Part shown: positions 61,303 to 64,000 of the stretch, piece by piece
Position numbering within the stretch: the stretch's first letter is position 1
Layout: every line of letters starts with the position of its first letter
The notes under the pieces: generated by a model
What the model saw: only the letters and a program-made list of their open reading frames with translations
The model's database searches: none
Told to the model about the DNA's origin: nothing
Made by a program: the position numbers and the translations under genes
DNA from: Octopus vulgaris
Taxonomy: Eukaryota
Assembly (NCBI GenBank): GCA_951406725.2
Contig: OX597827.1
Coordinates: 75,330,001-75,394,000, forward strand
Length of the DNA: 64,000 bases
Direction: 5' to 3'

Positions 61303-62699
61303 ACTATTTCTTCTGAGTAACAATTTCTCCCGCCAATAAAACAAGGGAAGCAACTCTCCCTGTTTCATAAACAAAACGTAAATTTTCTGGTCGTCTTTTC
61401 CCGTTTTGTGGGGACTTTTTCCAGGAGGATTTATTCATTGGCTCAAGAACAAGGCATGCAAGCGCAACCCCTAAGAATTTTTTCAAGTGGGGGATAATGA
61501 AAATGCTTTCAACATCCGCCTGAAAAACTTCATCACCAAAACAAACGAACGTAGAAGCATTTTTTTGACTGATTTCAAACATTTTCTACTTTTGGATTTA
61601 TTTGATTCGTTTGATGTAAGAATATAATTAATAATGATAATTAGTATTATACCTGTGTTTGGTTCGATATTAAGATTGAAAAAAGTCGACCGTGTTTGTA
61701 AAATAATTTGGACCTGGTTTTGTACTCACTAAGCAATTTTCGTTCCTGCCCTTTTCCATGTATTTTATAGAAGACGTTGTCTTGATAAGAAATCTTCGTG
61801 TTTCTTGGTACTTATATCATTACAATTTTTGTATTTATATACCAACGTCAACGGGGTCTTGAAAGCTTTTCTCATGAGTTCTGTTTTTATTATTTTATAA
61901 TTCCAATTCTTTATTTGTACTTTAAAAAAAATTCATTAGAAGTAGCTGTTGCAGTTAAGAAGTTCACTTCACAGATACCCGATTCCATCCTCTCTTCTAC
62001 TGCCCAGCTTCTTGAACAATTATTTTCTAATGTAGTCTTGGATTGACCAAGACTATGTGAGTGGAATATGTCTGGTGGAAACAATGCAGAGACATTACAT
62101 ATATATATATATATATATATATAGGTGTGTGGGACCTCTCTTAGCCCGACCTGAGATTCGAAACTGAATCTGTAAATTCTCCCTAGCCATACGATCTATT
62201 GTTCTGTCAGGGATAAACGTTGATGTGTGTTTTCCACTTGACTCTTGACCTTTTCTGTGCCATGAAAAGTTGAAATAGATAATGAGTGACCTACTATTTA
62301 GCTATTGTTATAAGGTATATCCATCTTTCAAGCTGGAATGTGTTATTATAAATACTGAGACCCTAAATGTTTTTTGTTTTGACCTTGTGCTGTCCCCTCT
62401 GTGTCATGGCCTGTGTGCCGAATAAAAGAAAAGCAAACGATAGAGAGTAGGCTAAACGGTTCGAAATACTGTCTTGACAGAACTTCATGGAGGGACAGCT
62501 AAGGAATTCACCAACGATACAGTTGTCCCGTTCACCACTCTCTTACTTTCTCACTCGCTCACTTTTGATAACATCACTTGATCTATTTAGTTACAGCTAG
62601 AACGACAGGGAATTCTGGCCAGCAACTGTCAAACCATCCAACCCATACCAGTATGGAAGGCAGATGTTATGTGTGGAAATATTTTCTTTAAATTGATAG

Positions 62700-63690
62700 A
62701 CAAACATTTTCACACGCACATAGATAAGGCATTTGTTTAACAGGCACAACCCAGGAATCTCCTTTAATGACAGTAATGTAACATCAAACAGAAATATTAT
62801 TGGCAGATTAAAGGTCGATGCGAGGCTGAAGGGGTCATCTCTGAGGCTATGGTGATACCTAGACCTAATATCCATAATGACAGTAATGTAACATCAAACA
62901 GAAATATTATTGGCAGATTAATCAGGACTCGCACCAATACAGTTGCCACACCCAGAGATAATAACCAAGCCAGGACCAGCATCACCGAAGATCACAGTAC
63001 CACCGCCATGGATAATGAACAAACCATAGATGCAGATAGAGTGACCAGTACAAATGCCACACATGGAAATAACGACCTATCCAGAACCAATGACTTGAAG
63101 GAGATATCTACCATTCCCAGTTCCGCCACTGCAGATGAGGACCAAACATTCATCTTTGACGCCAATAGGATGACCAGCCCTGTGCCATATGTTACCAGGA
63201 GTGCGAATAGGGCCACATCCCATGTTTATAAATATACTGGTTCAGCAAGTACTTCATTTAAGAAACGTTTTCTTAACTACCAGTCATCTTTCAGAGTCCC
63301 AGAAAGAGTTTGTCATATCCCTGGCCTGCTATGTGTGGCATCTCAGAGATCAAGGGTCTCTGTGTGTTGTCAGGTGGAAATTAATTGATTATCTGGACCC
63401 ATATATTAATGAAAGTGGCCGTTACAAGATCTGCATCATGAAGAGAACCAAAATTATTAAAGTCTTTAAGAAGCCTGGCGCATTAAACAGCCATAAAGAA
63501 GTGTTTTCTAAATGTATCCATTTCAAATGCTACTTACTAGAAAATTGGATCTCCCTGTTTGCTTGTTAGGCTTCTCCAAGTCTGTTAAGAATTTTTTTCC
63601 CCTTCTGATTAAGAGGAAATAACCCGTACTCATTTATGTTTTTCCGTATTCATCGAGTTCTGAGCATTTCCTTATGTCTGTGATATAGAT
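62700..63690 (+). mobile_element. Degraded Penelope-like GIY-YIG endonuclease C-terminus (Naiad-like)
   Basis: YTGSASTSFKKRFLNYQSSF, then after a frameshift SLACYVWHLRD...VRWKLI...KICIMKR...LNSHKEVFSKCIHFKCYLL. Boundaries approximate. Confidence 0.7.
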
Positions 63691-64000
63691 ATTTTAAAAT
63701 TTTGTATATTCATATAAAGTCTGGTGAGCTGTCCACAAGGCTTGCCTTTGTAGGTACAAAACCTTCAGTAACTCTATGTAAAATTTTGTTGTTTTATATT
63801 TATATATATAACAACAACAGGCACAAGTGTGGCTGTGTTGTAAGAAATTTGCTTCCCAGCCACACGGTTCTGGGTTCAGTCCCACTGCATGGCACCTTGG
63901 GCAAGTGTCTTCTACTATAACCTGAGGGCAACCAAAGCCTTGTGAGTGGATTTGGTAGATGGAAACATATACATACATGTGCATGTATGTATATACGTGG

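Noticed and set aside
61300-61580. Promoter or first exon of a neighbouring gene (TCCCGCCAAT, locally CpG-richer) and the 92-aa - strand ORF
   Set aside because: No linked coding exon is identifiable, and the short motifs can occur by chance.

Overview
Eukaryotic, repeat-rich animal DNA. The SINE families and dense microsatellites look like an octopod cephalopod genome, which is my inference and not a database result. One multi-exon protein-coding locus lies on the + strand (CDS about 8167-51871, 10 coding exons, all GT-AG and phase-compatible, about 1297 aa if spliced as one gene). It encodes a hillarin / kyphoscoliosis-peptidase (KY) / LTD-1-like protein with TWO tandem transglutaminase-like modules, each followed by Ig-like repeats. 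Both modules keep the His and Asp of the triad but lack the catalytic Cys. The rest is introns and intergenic DNA containing at least 5 SINE families, RTE and CR1 LINE 3' ends, two Penelope-like GIY-YIG remnants, piggyBac-, hAT- and Merlin/MULE-like MITEs, and a 74-copy 28-bp minisatellite. The most unusual non-coding item is a 228-bp foldback (58079-58306) whose arms each carry a minimal type-I hammerhead-like fold with a swapped G3:C8 core pair. Nearly all other ORFs in the track are microsatellite or repeat artefacts.
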